Positions 1-9,503 are shown, counted from the first letter of the stretch. The stretch: DNA of 64,000 nucleotides from an uncultured Gammaproteobacteria bacterium (GCA_964527115.1 CAZGPK010000002.1:20765-84764); one strand, 5' to 3'. A program made the numbers and translations. The notes: generated by a model from the letters alone, not told the origin.

Positions 1-1794
1 TCTTCCTGTGGGACGGGTGCCCCCCCTAAACTTGAAGGATATGGATGTGAGACTGCAGAAGTCGGTGGGAAGTGTAAGTTTTCTTGTCTGGTATCCGAAA
101 TTAATATTGTTGGTGCAGATTGTAGCGGACAGGGTTTGCTTGGGGTTTGTTGTAAACCCAGGCCCACGGAAGGTTGGCCTGTTTGTAAAGCTTATGTTCC
201 TGGTGCCCATTGTGTTTCCGGGAGTTCTTGCCCCTCAGGGGAGAAACGAGTAAGTGATGTTTTTCAAAAATTCTCGGATTGTGGGGCGGGAAGTAGCTGT
301 TGTTGGAAGACAGAAAAACCGTTAGCGTCAATGACGGCAACGGTGGCTCCTATGACAAGTGTGACGCCAAAACTCACTTTAACACAGGCAATACCAACGG
401 CTTTACCCAAAGGAAGTTGTAGTGATACTCTTGCTTGTGGCTCGTGGCAATTGTGTGAGATGGTTTGTTGTGATGCTGCTTTCTGGAATGATAGAGGGAT
501 ATTAAAGTGTGGAAAGATGCCTACTGTTAGTCCAACCCCAACTGTTTTGGGGTCTAATGCTTGTTACTGTACGAGTTGTATAGATCAGATAATATATCCG
601 GGATCTCAGTGTGTTTGGGCAACTGGGCCAACGGGAGCGATGAAGCAGAAATGTCCTATTTATGGTTCGGCAAGTGCCTGTAGGGCTGGTACCATAGTTG
701 TTCCGACAAAGGCGCCGAGTCCGAGTTGTTATTGTCAGTATGATTGTGCAGAGGGGTCTGGTTGTAATTGGAGTGCAAGTCATCCTGGTTCTGGTTGGAA
801 GAGTTGCGAGGCTAATCTTTGTCGGAGCGTAAGTGCACCGACACCAAAACCAGAAGAACCACTTTGTCACTTGGAGAAGAGCTTGAGTTGTGTAAAATCC
901 AGTTTATGCGAAGTTTCTTTGGGTGGTCCGGCTTTATGCCAAGGAATGCCAGGAACTGTTTGCTGTTCAAAGACCAAGAGTGGAATTCCCAGCTTAACAC
1001 CCAGGCCTATAAAGGTGCCAGAGGTTACACCTGGACTTGGTGGAGGAGTGTGTACAACAAAGGACGTGACTGGGGCAAATAACCCGGCTTGTTGTTGTGG
1101 AAAGAGTGATTGTCCAGAGAGTCAGGAATGTAATATTCCAAATGGTTACTGTCAATCGGGGTCAAGTTGTAATCCCAACCCAGATGGAAAGATAAAGCAG
1201 AAATGTGCATATGACGCCAGTCAAGGCAAGAATATCTGTGCTTGGCAGCCAGTAAAGGTGGGTGAGTCAGATAAATCTGAGTGTACGACTAATGCTCAAT
1301 GTGCGGCAATAAAGGATCCAATCCCTACCTTGCCTGGAGGGTGGGAAGAGCCAAGTGATGATGGTGGAACAGATGGGGGTGGAGGCGGTGATACTGGTGG
1401 AGGTGGTGGTGGGAGCAGTGAGCCTGAACCAACAGTGCCACCTGGAATTAAGTGCTTGGAGTGTCCCTTGGTTTTTGCTTGTTACGTACCGGGAGAAGGC
1501 GCAGGTGTAGCTGGTCGCTGGTTTGCACCGGGTTATCAGTGGGCGGGATGGGTGAAGGTGGAAGCGGAGAGTTGTTCAGGGATGACAAAGCCAGTGTTTA
1601 AAGGCAAGGGAAAGGGAGATGCCAATTGTAGTGGATCGATTAACATGGCCGACTTCTCCATTTGGAGGAGTGAGTTCGTTGATCTTCAGGGGAATACTCT
1701 CAATGGATTTTGGGAGGCTAACTTCAATTGTCCAACTGATTGGAGGGTTAACCTGATTGATTTTTCTATCTGGAGGTCAAATTTTGAAAATTAG
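1..1794 (+). CDS. Cys-rich, Pro/Thr-linker surface protein with C-terminal dockerin (5'-truncated by window edge)
   Basis: Frame is open from base 1 (SSCGTGAPPKLEGYGC...). Many Cys modules, PTPKP/PTVPP linkers, Gly-rich stretch, and duplicated EF-hand-like dockerin repeats GDANCSGSINMADFSIWRSEF / ANFNCPTDWRVNLIDFSIWRSNF. Confidence 0.8.
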   Translation, partial: SSCGTGAPPKLEGYGCETAEVGGKCKFSCLVSEINIVGADCSGQGLLGVCCKPRPTEGWPVCKAYVPGAHCVSGSSCPSGEKRVSDVFQKFSDCGAGSSCCWKTEKPLASMTATVAPMTSVTPKLTLTQAIPTALPKGSCSDTLACGSWQLCEMVCCDAAFWNDRGILKCGKMPTVSPTPTVLGSNACYCTSCIDQIIYPGSQCVWATGPTGAMKQKCPIYGSASACRAGTIVVPTKAPSPSCYCQYDCAEGSGCNWSASHPGSGWKSCEANLCRSVSAPTPKPEEPLCHLEKSLSCVKSSLCEVSLGGPALCQGMPGTVCCSKTKSGIPSLTPRPIKVPEVTPGLGGGVCTTKDVTGANNPACCCGKSDCPESQECNIPNGYCQSGSSCNPNPDGKIKQKCAYDASQGKNICAWQPVKVGESDKSECTTNAQCAAIKDPIPTLPGGWEEPSDDGGTDGGGGGDTGGGGGGSSEPEPTVPPGIKCLECPLVFACYVPGEGAGVAGRWFAPGYQWAGWVKVEAESCSGMTKPVFKGKGKGDANCSGSINMADFSIWRSEFVDLQGNTLNGFWEANFNCPTDWRVNLIDFSIWRSNFEN

Positions 1795-1860
1795 GATGTT
1801 TTGGAGGCTGTTTAAAATTTGAAACTTGCAGAGTTTCTTTTATTAGTTTAAATTTTAGTA

Positions 1861-3069
1861 ATGAGTGAAGTTGAAATGAATACAAACAAAGAAAAAGGAA
1901 GTAAATTTGGATTATTGATGGTTTTGTTTTTGGGATTGGTTTTGGCTGGAGTTTTGGTGTTGGTCGGTAGAAATCAAGAGACAAGGAGAGGAGCTTACTT
2001 TGCCGGGGCGACGATGAATGTTCTTCCTCAGACTAAAGAGGTAATGATGGGAAAGATAGCGGCAATGACGGTGGGGGCAACAATTAAGGAAGGAGCAAAG
2101 ATTGATGGGGCGGAGGTAGTAGTGAATTATGACTCTTGTATTTTGAGACTGATACCCGAAGGGATAGTTAAGAATTCGGAGGCTTTTACACAGGATTTTT
2201 TTATTCGAAAGGTGACGGCGGGGGTGGGAGATAGCTGTGAGGGAACAATTCATTTTGCCATTGGAGCAGGAACAGAGGGAGAGCTTTATCCATTGGATGG
2301 GAAGACTTACGTAAGCTTGGCAACACTTAACTTTGATACGATGATGACGGGTGAGGCGACGGTTAGCGTTGACAAGGTTCGGACAATGTTGACTGGTTTC
2401 ACTGAGGCAGATCCCTACAATAGGGACCGGGAGATGGAGATAGGAACGGTGGCGGAGGCAGTAGTGAAGGTTGGCCCACCTGGAGGTGATGTAGTGGATC
2501 CCAGCGGTGATTTTATGGTGAAAATGCGTTTTAGAGGAGTAAATGGGGAAACGGAATATGGTGAAATGGTGGCGGCAACGGCGATATTTTTGAATTCAGC
2601 CGGGGAGGCGGTGGGAGAGTTTAAGACAGAGGCATTGCGAACGACGGAGAAAAAGGGTGACAAGATTGCCGGAGTGGAGACGCAATCCTATGTTTACGAT
2701 GCTGCTTTTGAGACGACAGAATTAGAAGAAGGGGAGAAATATACTGTCTTTTTGTTGGGACCCAAGCATTTGGCCCGAAAGTTTTGCAAAGATGGGCAGA
2801 CTGAGCGTTGTACTGATGAGCCCGGAGAGATTGTTTTGAGAGAGGCAGTGTATGACTTTAGTGGTTTGCCGCTTGAGTCGGGAGATTTGCCGGAGCAGGA
2901 TGGTCGGGTTAATGTGTCGGATTTTTCCAAGCTTAAAGAGAAGCTCAATATGAATCCCAGTGCTGAAGACCAAGCAATAGGAGATTTGAATTTTGACGGT
3001 GCAATAAATGGAGCCGATTTAGCTTTGCTTTTGGGGACTTTATCTGAAAAATACGGGGAGTTGCCTTAA
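1861..3069 (+). CDS. Membrane-anchored cohesin-like + dockerin protein
   Basis: N-terminal TM; cohesin-like beta domain (IDGAEVVVNYD...LATLNF); C-terminal dockerin GDLPEQDGRVNVSDF / GDLNFDGAINGADL. Confidence 0.75.
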   Translation: MSEVEMNTNKEKGSKFGLLMVLFLGLVLAGVLVLVGRNQETRRGAYFAGATMNVLPQTKEVMMGKIAAMTVGATIKEGAKIDGAEVVVNYDSCILRLIPEGIVKNSEAFTQDFFIRKVTAGVGDSCEGTIHFAIGAGTEGELYPLDGKTYVSLATLNFDTMMTGEATVSVDKVRTMLTGFTEADPYNRDREMEIGTVAEAVVKVGPPGGDVVDPSGDFMVKMRFRGVNGETEYGEMVAATAIFLNSAGEAVGEFKTEALRTTEKKGDKIAGVETQSYVYDAAFETTELEEGEKYTVFLLGPKHLARKFCKDGQTERCTDEPGEIVLREAVYDFSGLPLESGDLPEQDGRVNVSDFSKLKEKLNMNPSAEDQAIGDLNFDGAINGADLALLLGTLSEKYGELP

Positions 3070-3127
3070 GTTAAAATTTATCTGCCCTAAAAATAAATAG
3101 CGAAAGGCAGGAAAAGGACTTTAAAAA

Positions 3128-3763
3128 ATGAAAAAAAGTAAAGCATGGTCTAATTTGAAATGGCTGCTGCCGGTGGTGGCTTTAGTAGTTATTTTCGAGA
3201 GTGTGGTTTTGGTGGGTCGTTTGAACAAGGGAGACAGTCGCTTAGGAGGAGATGTTTTGGTTCGATCTCCCGAAGATAGTTTTTCTCAGGCTCCGGCCGA
3301 TGAGGTAGAGGGAGTATTTTCCTTTGTAACTGATAAAGAGGCTTACGAGGCAGGAGAGACGGGGCGGGCGACTTTGATTTTTGAACCGGTGTTGGATTTA
3401 GAGATAGACGGAGCAGAGCTGGTAGTTTCTTATGATCCGGCTTTGGTAAAGATTGCGGACGCAAACAAGGAGGAAGCCGGGATTCAGATTGTTTCTTTAG
3501 CTCAAATTTCTTCGGTAGTGGTGAATAAAGTTTCAGAGAAGGAAGGAAAGATCGTTTTGGCACTGGCAGAGACGGGGATGGAAAATGGTTTGATAATGGC
3601 GGCAGGGAGTCAAGTGGAAATGATGGCGATAGATTTTGAGGTTTTGGAGACAGGCCCGGTGGGATTTGGTTTAGTAGGCGCAGAGACAAACGATGAGGGG
3701 ACAATGATGGCAAAGACTGGAACTAGTGGTCAAGTTGTTAATTATGAGATTTTAGGAGAATAG
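3128..3763 (+). CDS. Membrane-anchored cohesin-domain protein
   Basis: N-terminal TM; IDGAELVVSYDPALVKI cohesin-like motif. Confidence 0.7.
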   Translation: MKKSKAWSNLKWLLPVVALVVIFESVVLVGRLNKGDSRLGGDVLVRSPEDSFSQAPADEVEGVFSFVTDKEAYEAGETGRATLIFEPVLDLEIDGAELVVSYDPALVKIADANKEEAGIQIVSLAQISSVVVNKVSEKEGKIVLALAETGMENGLIMAAGSQVEMMAIDFEVLETGPVGFGLVGAETNDEGTMMAKTGTSGQVVNYEILGE

Positions 3764-3767
3764 GGAA

Positions 3768-4430
3768 GTGAAAAACTTTAAGGATATTTTTTTGTTTTTG
3801 CTGGCTTTTGGGTTTTTGGGAGCAGTGACAGCGGGAGCGGTTGAGGCGGCTAGTTTGTCTCTTAGTCCGTCTTCCGGGACACATGAGACGGGAGATACTT
3901 TTACAGTTGATTTAAAGGTGGATACGGGCGGAGAGGGGGCAATGACTGTGGATTCGGTGATTAAGTTTGACTCTACCAGGCTTGAGGTAAGCAGTGTCAG
4001 TGCGGGAAGTTTTATGACTGACATGCAAAAGAGTTTGGATAATAGTACGGGAAGTTTGGTTATTTATAATTTTTCAAGCCAACCTTTGACATCTGCCGTT
4101 GGTGGTGGGGTTTTGGCAAGCATTGTTTTTAAAGCTAAGGCGGCGGGAACGGCTTCAGTTACGTTTGTTTGCGAAGCGGGAGCAGCAACAGATTCTTCGG
4201 TGTGGAATGTGGCGGCTGAGGATATTTTGACTTGTGGTTCGATTGGGTCAGGTAGCTACACAATTTCAGGGGCGGCGGTGGTAGATGATGAGGCAGAGCC
4301 AACAACTGTTGTGGCAGCAACAGCAACTCCAAGTGAGCTTCCGGAAACAGGCAATGAGTGGGTGGTTGTGGGAGCGTTGTTTTTGGGAATTATGCTTTTT
4401 ATTGGAGGAGCATTTTTTAGTTTAATTTAA
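3768..4430 (+). CDS. Secreted cohesin-domain protein with LPxTG-like C-terminal anchor
   Basis: Signal peptide; SLSLSPSSG...GDTFTVDLKVDTG...IKFDSTRLEV...LASIVFKAKAAGTA cohesin pattern; LPETG followed by a hydrophobic helix. Confidence 0.8.
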   Translation: MKNFKDIFLFLLAFGFLGAVTAGAVEAASLSLSPSSGTHETGDTFTVDLKVDTGGEGAMTVDSVIKFDSTRLEVSSVSAGSFMTDMQKSLDNSTGSLVIYNFSSQPLTSAVGGGVLASIVFKAKAAGTASVTFVCEAGAATDSSVWNVAAEDILTCGSIGSGSYTISGAAVVDDEAEPTTVVAATATPSELPETGNEWVVVGALFLGIMLFIGGAFFSLI

Positions 4431-4448
4431 TGGTTTTTAGGGGATTTA

Positions 4449-5210
4449 TTGGTGAAAGAAAAAATTAGCGTTGTGAAATTGGTGGTGATTTTTGTAATTT
4501 TGGGTTTGCTTGGTGTTTTGTCGGCATTGGGGATGGGGGCAGCAAAAACCTATTTGGCCGGGGCGGCGGCTGGTTGTGAGCCAACAGGCGGAAGTATGAA
4601 GGTAGCGGCGGAGGATAAGTCAGCTTTGTTGTCGTGGAAAACAGATAAAGAGTGTTTATCGGTGGTGGAATACGGGACAAACTCAACGGCGACTTTATTG
4701 CGGGCAGCAGAGACCCAGGCTAGTAAAAACCACCAGATAACTCTCTCTCCCTTGAAATCGGATATTGTTTATTATTTTAGAGTGAGGGTGGGAGGCGATG
4801 AGTATCTTAATGAGACAATCCCCTGGTCTTTTAAGACTAAGGCGGCAGCAGCTGTAGCCGGAGAGGAAGCGGGGACTCAAGGGGTTTTAGCTCCAACAAG
4901 TATGCCGGTAAGCAGTGGGGGGATTGATAGCTGTGTAAGGGGGGACTTTGTGAAGGCATTTGGGAGTGGCGATATCGCTTATGATTTGGACAAAGATGGC
5001 AAGGTAGACCAAAAGGACTGGGTGAAGTGCTTGCAAGATTATGGAGCCAGTAGCTCTTCAAGTGTTAGCCCAACTGCGGCGGCTGTTTCAGCTGGAGGAG
5101 ATTTATGTGAGAAGATAAAAGCGGCAGTGGGAACCGTAAACGCTGAGTATGACCTTAATAAGGATGGAGTGGTTAATACGGCCGACTGGGTGAAGTGTAA
5201 GCAAGGTTAG
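4449..5210 (+). CDS. FN3-like domain protein with dockerin-like EF-hand repeats
   Basis: TM; LSWKTD...VEYG...HQITLSPL...YYFRV (FN3/purple-acid-phosphatase N-terminal type); YDLDKDGKVDQKDWVKC and YDLNKDGVVNTADWVKC. Confidence 0.75.
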   Translation: MVKEKISVVKLVVIFVILGLLGVLSALGMGAAKTYLAGAAAGCEPTGGSMKVAAEDKSALLSWKTDKECLSVVEYGTNSTATLLRAAETQASKNHQITLSPLKSDIVYYFRVRVGGDEYLNETIPWSFKTKAAAAVAGEEAGTQGVLAPTSMPVSSGGIDSCVRGDFVKAFGSGDIAYDLDKDGKVDQKDWVKCLQDYGASSSSSVSPTAAAVSAGGDLCEKIKAAVGTVNAEYDLNKDGVVNTADWVKCKQG

Positions 5211-5229
5211 GGAGAAGGTTTTCTGCTGG

Positions 5230-5259
5230 TTGTCAGAGGGGTGGCTTTTGGGGTAAAAT
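5230..5259 (+). promoter_or_regulatory. Sigma70-type promoter of rpsU (probably leaderless)
   Basis: TTGTCA-18 bp-TAAAAT, 8 nt before ATG 5268. Confidence 0.6.
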
Positions 5260-5267
5260 TGGCAGAT

Positions 5268-5477
5268 ATGGCGATTGTAGTGAAAAAGAAAAAAGGAGAG
5301 AGTAAGGACGATTTAATCGGTCGTTTTCGCCGCTTTACCTTGCAAGAGGAGATAAAAGAAGAGATACAGAAGAGAATGGCCTACATTAATCCTTCACAGA
5401 AGAGAAGGGAAAAGAAGAAGGCAATGGCGAGGCGTTTGTACGCTCAAAAAAAGCAACAAAAGGAAAGCCAGCGTTAA
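5268..5477 (+). CDS. rpsU: 30S ribosomal protein S21
   Basis: VVKKKKGES.DDLI.RFRR...YINPSQKRR; ATG 5268 preferred over GTG 5241. Confidence 0.85.
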   Translation: MAIVVKKKKGESKDDLIGRFRRFTLQEEIKEEIQKRMAYINPSQKRREKKKAMARRLYAQKKQQKESQR

Positions 5478-5494
5478 TTTTTTGCCAAAGAGCA

Positions 5495-5944
5495 ATGAAT
5501 CAAAAAACAAGAATAGCGGAAATGGCTAAAGAGGCGTTGCGGGCAGGTGAGGCTAAAAAAGTGGAAGTTTTGCGTTATCTTTTGTCGCTTTTACAAAAAA
5601 GAGAGTTGGAGCTTCCGCCCGGAGAAATGGAAGAAAAGGAAGTTTTGCAGGTTTTGCAGAAGGAGGCTAAGAGGAAAGAGGAGGCAAAGGGAATGTTTGC
5701 CAAGGCAGGTAGAGATGATTTGGTTAAAGAGCTTGAGGAAGAGTTGGTTATTTTAGGTCAGTTTTTACCTGAGTCTTTAGGAGAAGCAGAGGTAGAAAAA
5801 ATAGTACGGGAAGAAAGAGCTAAGGGGGGGGAGATGCAATTTGGTGAGCTGATGAGAGCAGCGATGGGGCGTTTGCAAGGTAGAGCAGATGGTCGGGTTG
5901 TTTCTGGTTTGGTAAAAAAAGTTTTAGATGAACAAGAAGGTTAG
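5495..5944 (+). CDS. yqeY: GatB/YqeY domain protein
   Basis: QKEAKRKEEA..F.KAGRDDL...E...L..FLP; GRADG; follows rpsU as usual. Confidence 0.9.
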   Translation: MNQKTRIAEMAKEALRAGEAKKVEVLRYLLSLLQKRELELPPGEMEEKEVLQVLQKEAKRKEEAKGMFAKAGRDDLVKELEEELVILGQFLPESLGEAEVEKIVREERAKGGEMQFGELMRAAMGRLQGRADGRVVSGLVKKVLDEQEG

Positions 5945-6290
5945 TTTAAGAGTTCTAGTAAAGAAGGATCCTCGTTGGCCAATTAAACCTGCTTTGGTGC
6001 GAAGTCTGGCGCTGAAAGTGTTAAAGGAAAAAGGGATAAGTAAAGGAGAGCTGAGTGTTTTTTTGGTAGGCTCTAGGAAGGCAAAAGAGTTAAATCAGGC
6101 TCATCGAAAACAGAATTATGTTCCCCAGGTTTTGGCTTTTCCGGTTTCCAAAGAAATGCCTGGTAATTTTTTGGGCGATGTGGTTATTTGCCTGCCACTT
6201 TTGCGGCAGGAGGCAGTTTGGCAAAATCGTCTTTTGGAGGGAGTGTTGGAAGATTGGTTGCGGCACGGGGTGGGAAATTTGCTGTCTTAA
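5928..6290 (+). CDS. ybeY: rRNA maturation factor YbeY, degenerate metal site
   Basis: ELN..HRK....VLAFP...LGDVVIC; C-terminus RHGVGNLLS lacks the full HGxLHLxGYDH. Confidence 0.75.
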   Translation: MNKKVSLRVLVKKDPRWPIKPALVRSLALKVLKEKGISKGELSVFLVGSRKAKELNQAHRKQNYVPQVLAFPVSKEMPGNFLGDVVICLPLLRQEAVWQNRLLEGVLEDWLRHGVGNLLS

Positions 6291-6407
6291 AAAATTGTTC
6301 AATACGCTACTTTTTGATAGTTTTTTTCGGTGGGGACACTAGGGTTGGTGTATGTATGATAAATTAGATTCTTGATTTTTTAGGATAATAATTGCTTAAA
6401 TGATTCT

Positions 6408-7961
6408 GTGACAGTTAAGAGAAGACAGGTGGAGCCTTGGCAGAGCAAGTATCGGCCGCGAAAAGTGGCAGAGCTTGATTTGCCGGAGGTACGATCGAGG
6501 TTAGCGTCGTTTTTGGCGCAGGATAATTTACCTCAAGCACTTTTGTTTTTTGGGCCTCGGGGATCTGGAAAGACTTCAGCGGCCAGAATTGTAGCCCGTT
6601 CTTTAAATTGCCTGAAGAGAGAGGGGATTGAGCCTTGTGGAGACTGTAGTGTTTGCCGGGGAATTGAAAAGGGGAGCTGTTTGGATGTGGTGGAAATTGA
6701 CGCCGCCTCTAATCGAGGAATAGACGACATTAGACGGATAAAAGAGAAGGCGTCTTTGGCGCCAATGGGGGTGGTCTGGAAGGTTTATGTAATTGATGAG
6801 GTTCACATGTTAACCAAGGAGGCGTTTAATGCTCTTTTGAAGCTTTTAGAGGAGCCGCCAAAGAAGGTTATCTTTATTCTTTGTACGACAGAGAGCCAGA
6901 AGATTCCCGAGACTGTTTTGTCCCGTTTATACCAAATTCCTTTTCGTAAGGCTAAAAAAGAAGAGGTGCTTGCCTCTTTGGAAAAAGTGGTGCAAGAGGA
7001 GGGATTGGCGGTAGAGAGGGAGGTTTTAGAGGAGATAGCGGTAGGAGTAGACGGAAGCTTTCGGGATGCTAAAAAACTTTTGACTCAGGTAGCAATGGAA
7101 GGGAGACAGAAGGGAAAAATTAATCGAGAAGATTTGGAGCAGGTGATGGAGGGACAGGGGTTGGGGCAAGAGAGAGAGTTTTGGGAGTTGTTTAAGAGTG
7201 ATGAGAGAGTAAAAATTCTAGATTTTTTGACAAAGCTTAATTCCAATGGGGTGGATATGGCCCATTTTCGAGAAAAGTTATTACAACAAGCCCAGGAGTT
7301 TTTACTGGAGGCAGGAGAGAAGCAGAGTTTGTTTCTTTGGGTGAAGTGTTTGTTGCAGGCGGCTGAGTGGGAAAGACAGACGCTGTTGGCTGATTTGCCC
7401 TTGCAGTTGGCTTTGCTTGATTTCTGGGCAGGTGGAGAGAAAAAAGTCAAAGAGGGAAAAGTTGAGGAAAAAGAAAAGAGGAAGGTAGAAGAAATGTTTG
7501 TAAAAAGGGAAACAGAAGGGAAGAGAGAGGGGGGTGGACGTCGCTTGGGGGTAAAAACAGAAGTGGAAAAGATTCAAAGTAAGGAGAAGAGAAGCAAGGA
7601 GGGAGGGGAAATTCAGTGGGGAGAAGAAGAGTGGAAGAGGCTTTTGGTAGCGGTAAAACCAATGAATCATTCAGTCGAGGCGTTTTTGCGCTCGTCGAGA
7701 CCCCTGTCTTTAAGTGGGAATTGTTTGACAGTTGAGGTCTTTTATCCTTTTCATAAAGAACGCTTGGAAGACAGAAGAAACAGGGAGATAGTAGAAAATG
7801 GATTGCGGGAAGTTTGCGGAAAGGAGATGAAGTTGATTTTTGTTTTGGGTAAACGGCAGGAAGGTGGGGGAAAAATGCTTCATTTATCTGGGGACCAAGC
7901 GCGAATGGCCAGGACTGAGGAGGGAGGAGATCTCTATAGTTTGGCCCGCAGTCTTTTCTGA
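6408..7961 (+). CDS. dnaX: DNA polymerase III subunit gamma/tau
   Basis: KYRP, GPRGSGKTS, Zn cluster, EIDAASNRG, IDEVHML, AFNALLK. Confidence 0.97.
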   Translation: MTVKRRQVEPWQSKYRPRKVAELDLPEVRSRLASFLAQDNLPQALLFFGPRGSGKTSAARIVARSLNCLKREGIEPCGDCSVCRGIEKGSCLDVVEIDAASNRGIDDIRRIKEKASLAPMGVVWKVYVIDEVHMLTKEAFNALLKLLEEPPKKVIFILCTTESQKIPETVLSRLYQIPFRKAKKEEVLASLEKVVQEEGLAVEREVLEEIAVGVDGSFRDAKKLLTQVAMEGRQKGKINREDLEQVMEGQGLGQEREFWELFKSDERVKILDFLTKLNSNGVDMAHFREKLLQQAQEFLLEAGEKQSLFLWVKCLLQAAEWERQTLLADLPLQLALLDFWAGGEKKVKEGKVEEKEKRKVEEMFVKRETEGKREGGGRRLGVKTEVEKIQSKEKRSKEGGEIQWGEEEWKRLLVAVKPMNHSVEAFLRSSRPLSLSGNCLTVEVFYPFHKERLEDRRNREIVENGLREVCGKEMKLIFVLGKRQEGGGKMLHLSGDQARMARTEEGGDLYSLARSLF

Positions 7962-8009
7962 TATAATGGTTGGAGTTAAGGGTTTTTTTTATAATTTAAA
8001 TTTTAAAAA

Positions 8010-8288
8010 ATGAACGTATTTGGAAAAGTTGGCGATCAGGCAAAATTGGTTAAGCAAGCGATGGCGCTTAAAAAAGCATTGGAGGCGGAAATTATTAGCA
8101 TTGAGGAATCAGGGGTAAAGATTGTGATAAGTGGTGACCAGAAGATAAAAGAGCTGGTAGTTAACGGAATGACAAATGCGGTGTTAGTGGAGACTTTGAA
8201 CAAGGCTTTAAAAAAGTCACAGGAAGCGGCAGCTCGGAAAATGCAAGAAATGGCCGGTGGTATGGGGGGTTTCCTGGGAAGGCAGTAA
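8010..8288 (+). CDS. ybaB: YbaB/EbfC nucleoid-associated protein
   Basis: Lies between dnaX and recR; GVKIVISGDQKIKEL. Confidence 0.85.
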   Translation: MNVFGKVGDQAKLVKQAMALKKALEAEIISIEESGVKIVISGDQKIKELVVNGMTNAVLVETLNKALKKSQEAAARKMQEMAGGMGGFLGRQ

Positions 8289-8316
8289 TTTCTTTTAAGG
8301 ATAAGAGGAAAAAACG

Positions 8317-8919
8317 ATGGATTTACCTGATCCCTTGCAGAAAATGGTGGACTCTCTGACAAGATTGCCTTCTTTGGGGCCAAGGACGGCAGAAAGATTA
8401 GCACTTTTTTTGGTGAACGATTTATCGGGAGTAAGGCAGAGCCTGGGGAAAGCCTTAGTTGGGTTGGATAAGGTAAAAACTTGTGAGGAGTGTTTTAACC
8501 TAACAACCGATAATATTTGTGTTGTTTGTAAGGATCAGGAAAGAGAAGGGAGGTCGTTGTGTGTGGTAGAGAAGGTGACGGACCTTTTGGCAATAGAGAA
8601 GACAGGGCAGTATAAGGGGAGATACTTTGTTTTAGGGGGGGTAATTGATCCCTTGAACGGATTGGGGCCGGAAGAGCTAAGAGTTCCTAGGCTTTTGGAG
8701 AAAATAAAGAAGGATAAAGTGAGAGAGGTTTTGTTGGCGGTAAATCCAACAATTGAAGGGGAGGCAACAGTGATTTATTTAAAAAAAGAGGTGGAAAAAG
8801 TTTTGGAGGGGAAAGTGAAAATGAGTCGGTTAGGGAGGGGAATACCGACAGGGGGAGATTTGGCTTTTGCTGATATGAGTACTTTGCTTCGGTCTTTGGA
8901 AAATAGGGAGGAAATTTAG
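8317..8919 (+). CDS. recR: Recombination protein RecR
   Basis: LPSLGPRTAERL, CxxC-CxxC, Toprim with EGEAT. Confidence 0.97.
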   Translation: MDLPDPLQKMVDSLTRLPSLGPRTAERLALFLVNDLSGVRQSLGKALVGLDKVKTCEECFNLTTDNICVVCKDQEREGRSLCVVEKVTDLLAIEKTGQYKGRYFVLGGVIDPLNGLGPEELRVPRLLEKIKKDKVREVLLAVNPTIEGEATVIYLKKEVEKVLEGKVKMSRLGRGIPTGGDLAFADMSTLLRSLENREEI

Positions 8920-8922
8920 ACA

Positions 8923-9369
8923 ATGATGAGCAGGAGGCCAAAAATTCCAGCTAGAGAGGAATTGGAAAAGCGGTTGGAAGGGGGGGTGGGTAAAAGGGGT
9001 GGAGCAATGATGCTTAGACATGGGGAGGATTCTGTTTTGGGGAAAATGCCGAATATTTCAGCGGAGCAGATAGAGCAGGCAAAGAGAGAGGGGGAGGAAG
9101 AACTTTCACAGTTAAGAGAAAATACTAGCAGGGGTCGTGATGTGGAAGCGGAGATCAAAATGGTGCGGGAGAAAAGACAAGAGGAGGAGGGAGAGAAAGA
9201 AAAAGAGGAGAAAATGATGGAAGAGATGGAGAGACAAAGGGCGGCAGAAGAGGCAGAAATGGCAAGGGATGCAGAACCGGCAGGAAAAAGGGCTAGAGGA
9301 TCTGCTTTTGTGAGAAAAAAGCAGCAGCAGAGCAAGGGAACAGGAGAAATGATTAAAAGTCAGAAATGA
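8923..9369 (+). CDS. Hypothetical charged coiled-coil protein
   Basis: E/R/K-rich ORF filling the gap in operon orientation; start uncertain. Confidence 0.65.
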   Translation: MMSRRPKIPAREELEKRLEGGVGKRGGAMMLRHGEDSVLGKMPNISAEQIEQAKREGEEELSQLRENTSRGRDVEAEIKMVREKRQEEEGEKEKEEKMMEEMERQRAAEEAEMARDAEPAGKRARGSAFVRKKQQQSKGTGEMIKSQK

Positions 9370-9503
9370 AAAAACTCTTGTAAAGTTGGGGAACTCGTGT
9401 TAAGATTTTTTCTAGTTTTTAGATTGTTGTTGGGGAAATTTAGTTAATTTTAAAGAAAAAGAAAAGAAAAAAAGAGAAATACCTAAGAGAGGAATGGGTT
9501 TTT

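Noticed and set aside
7430-7500. Programmed -1 frameshift in dnaX (gamma/tau)
   Set aside because: The A-rich tract after domain III reads GAG AAA AAA GTC, so A_AAA_AAG is not in the required frame, and no downstream hairpin is evident.
9380-9503. S6:S18 ribosomal leader RNA upstream of rpsF
   Set aside because: A promoter and leader are plausible, but I could not identify the conserved hairpin or CCG motif.
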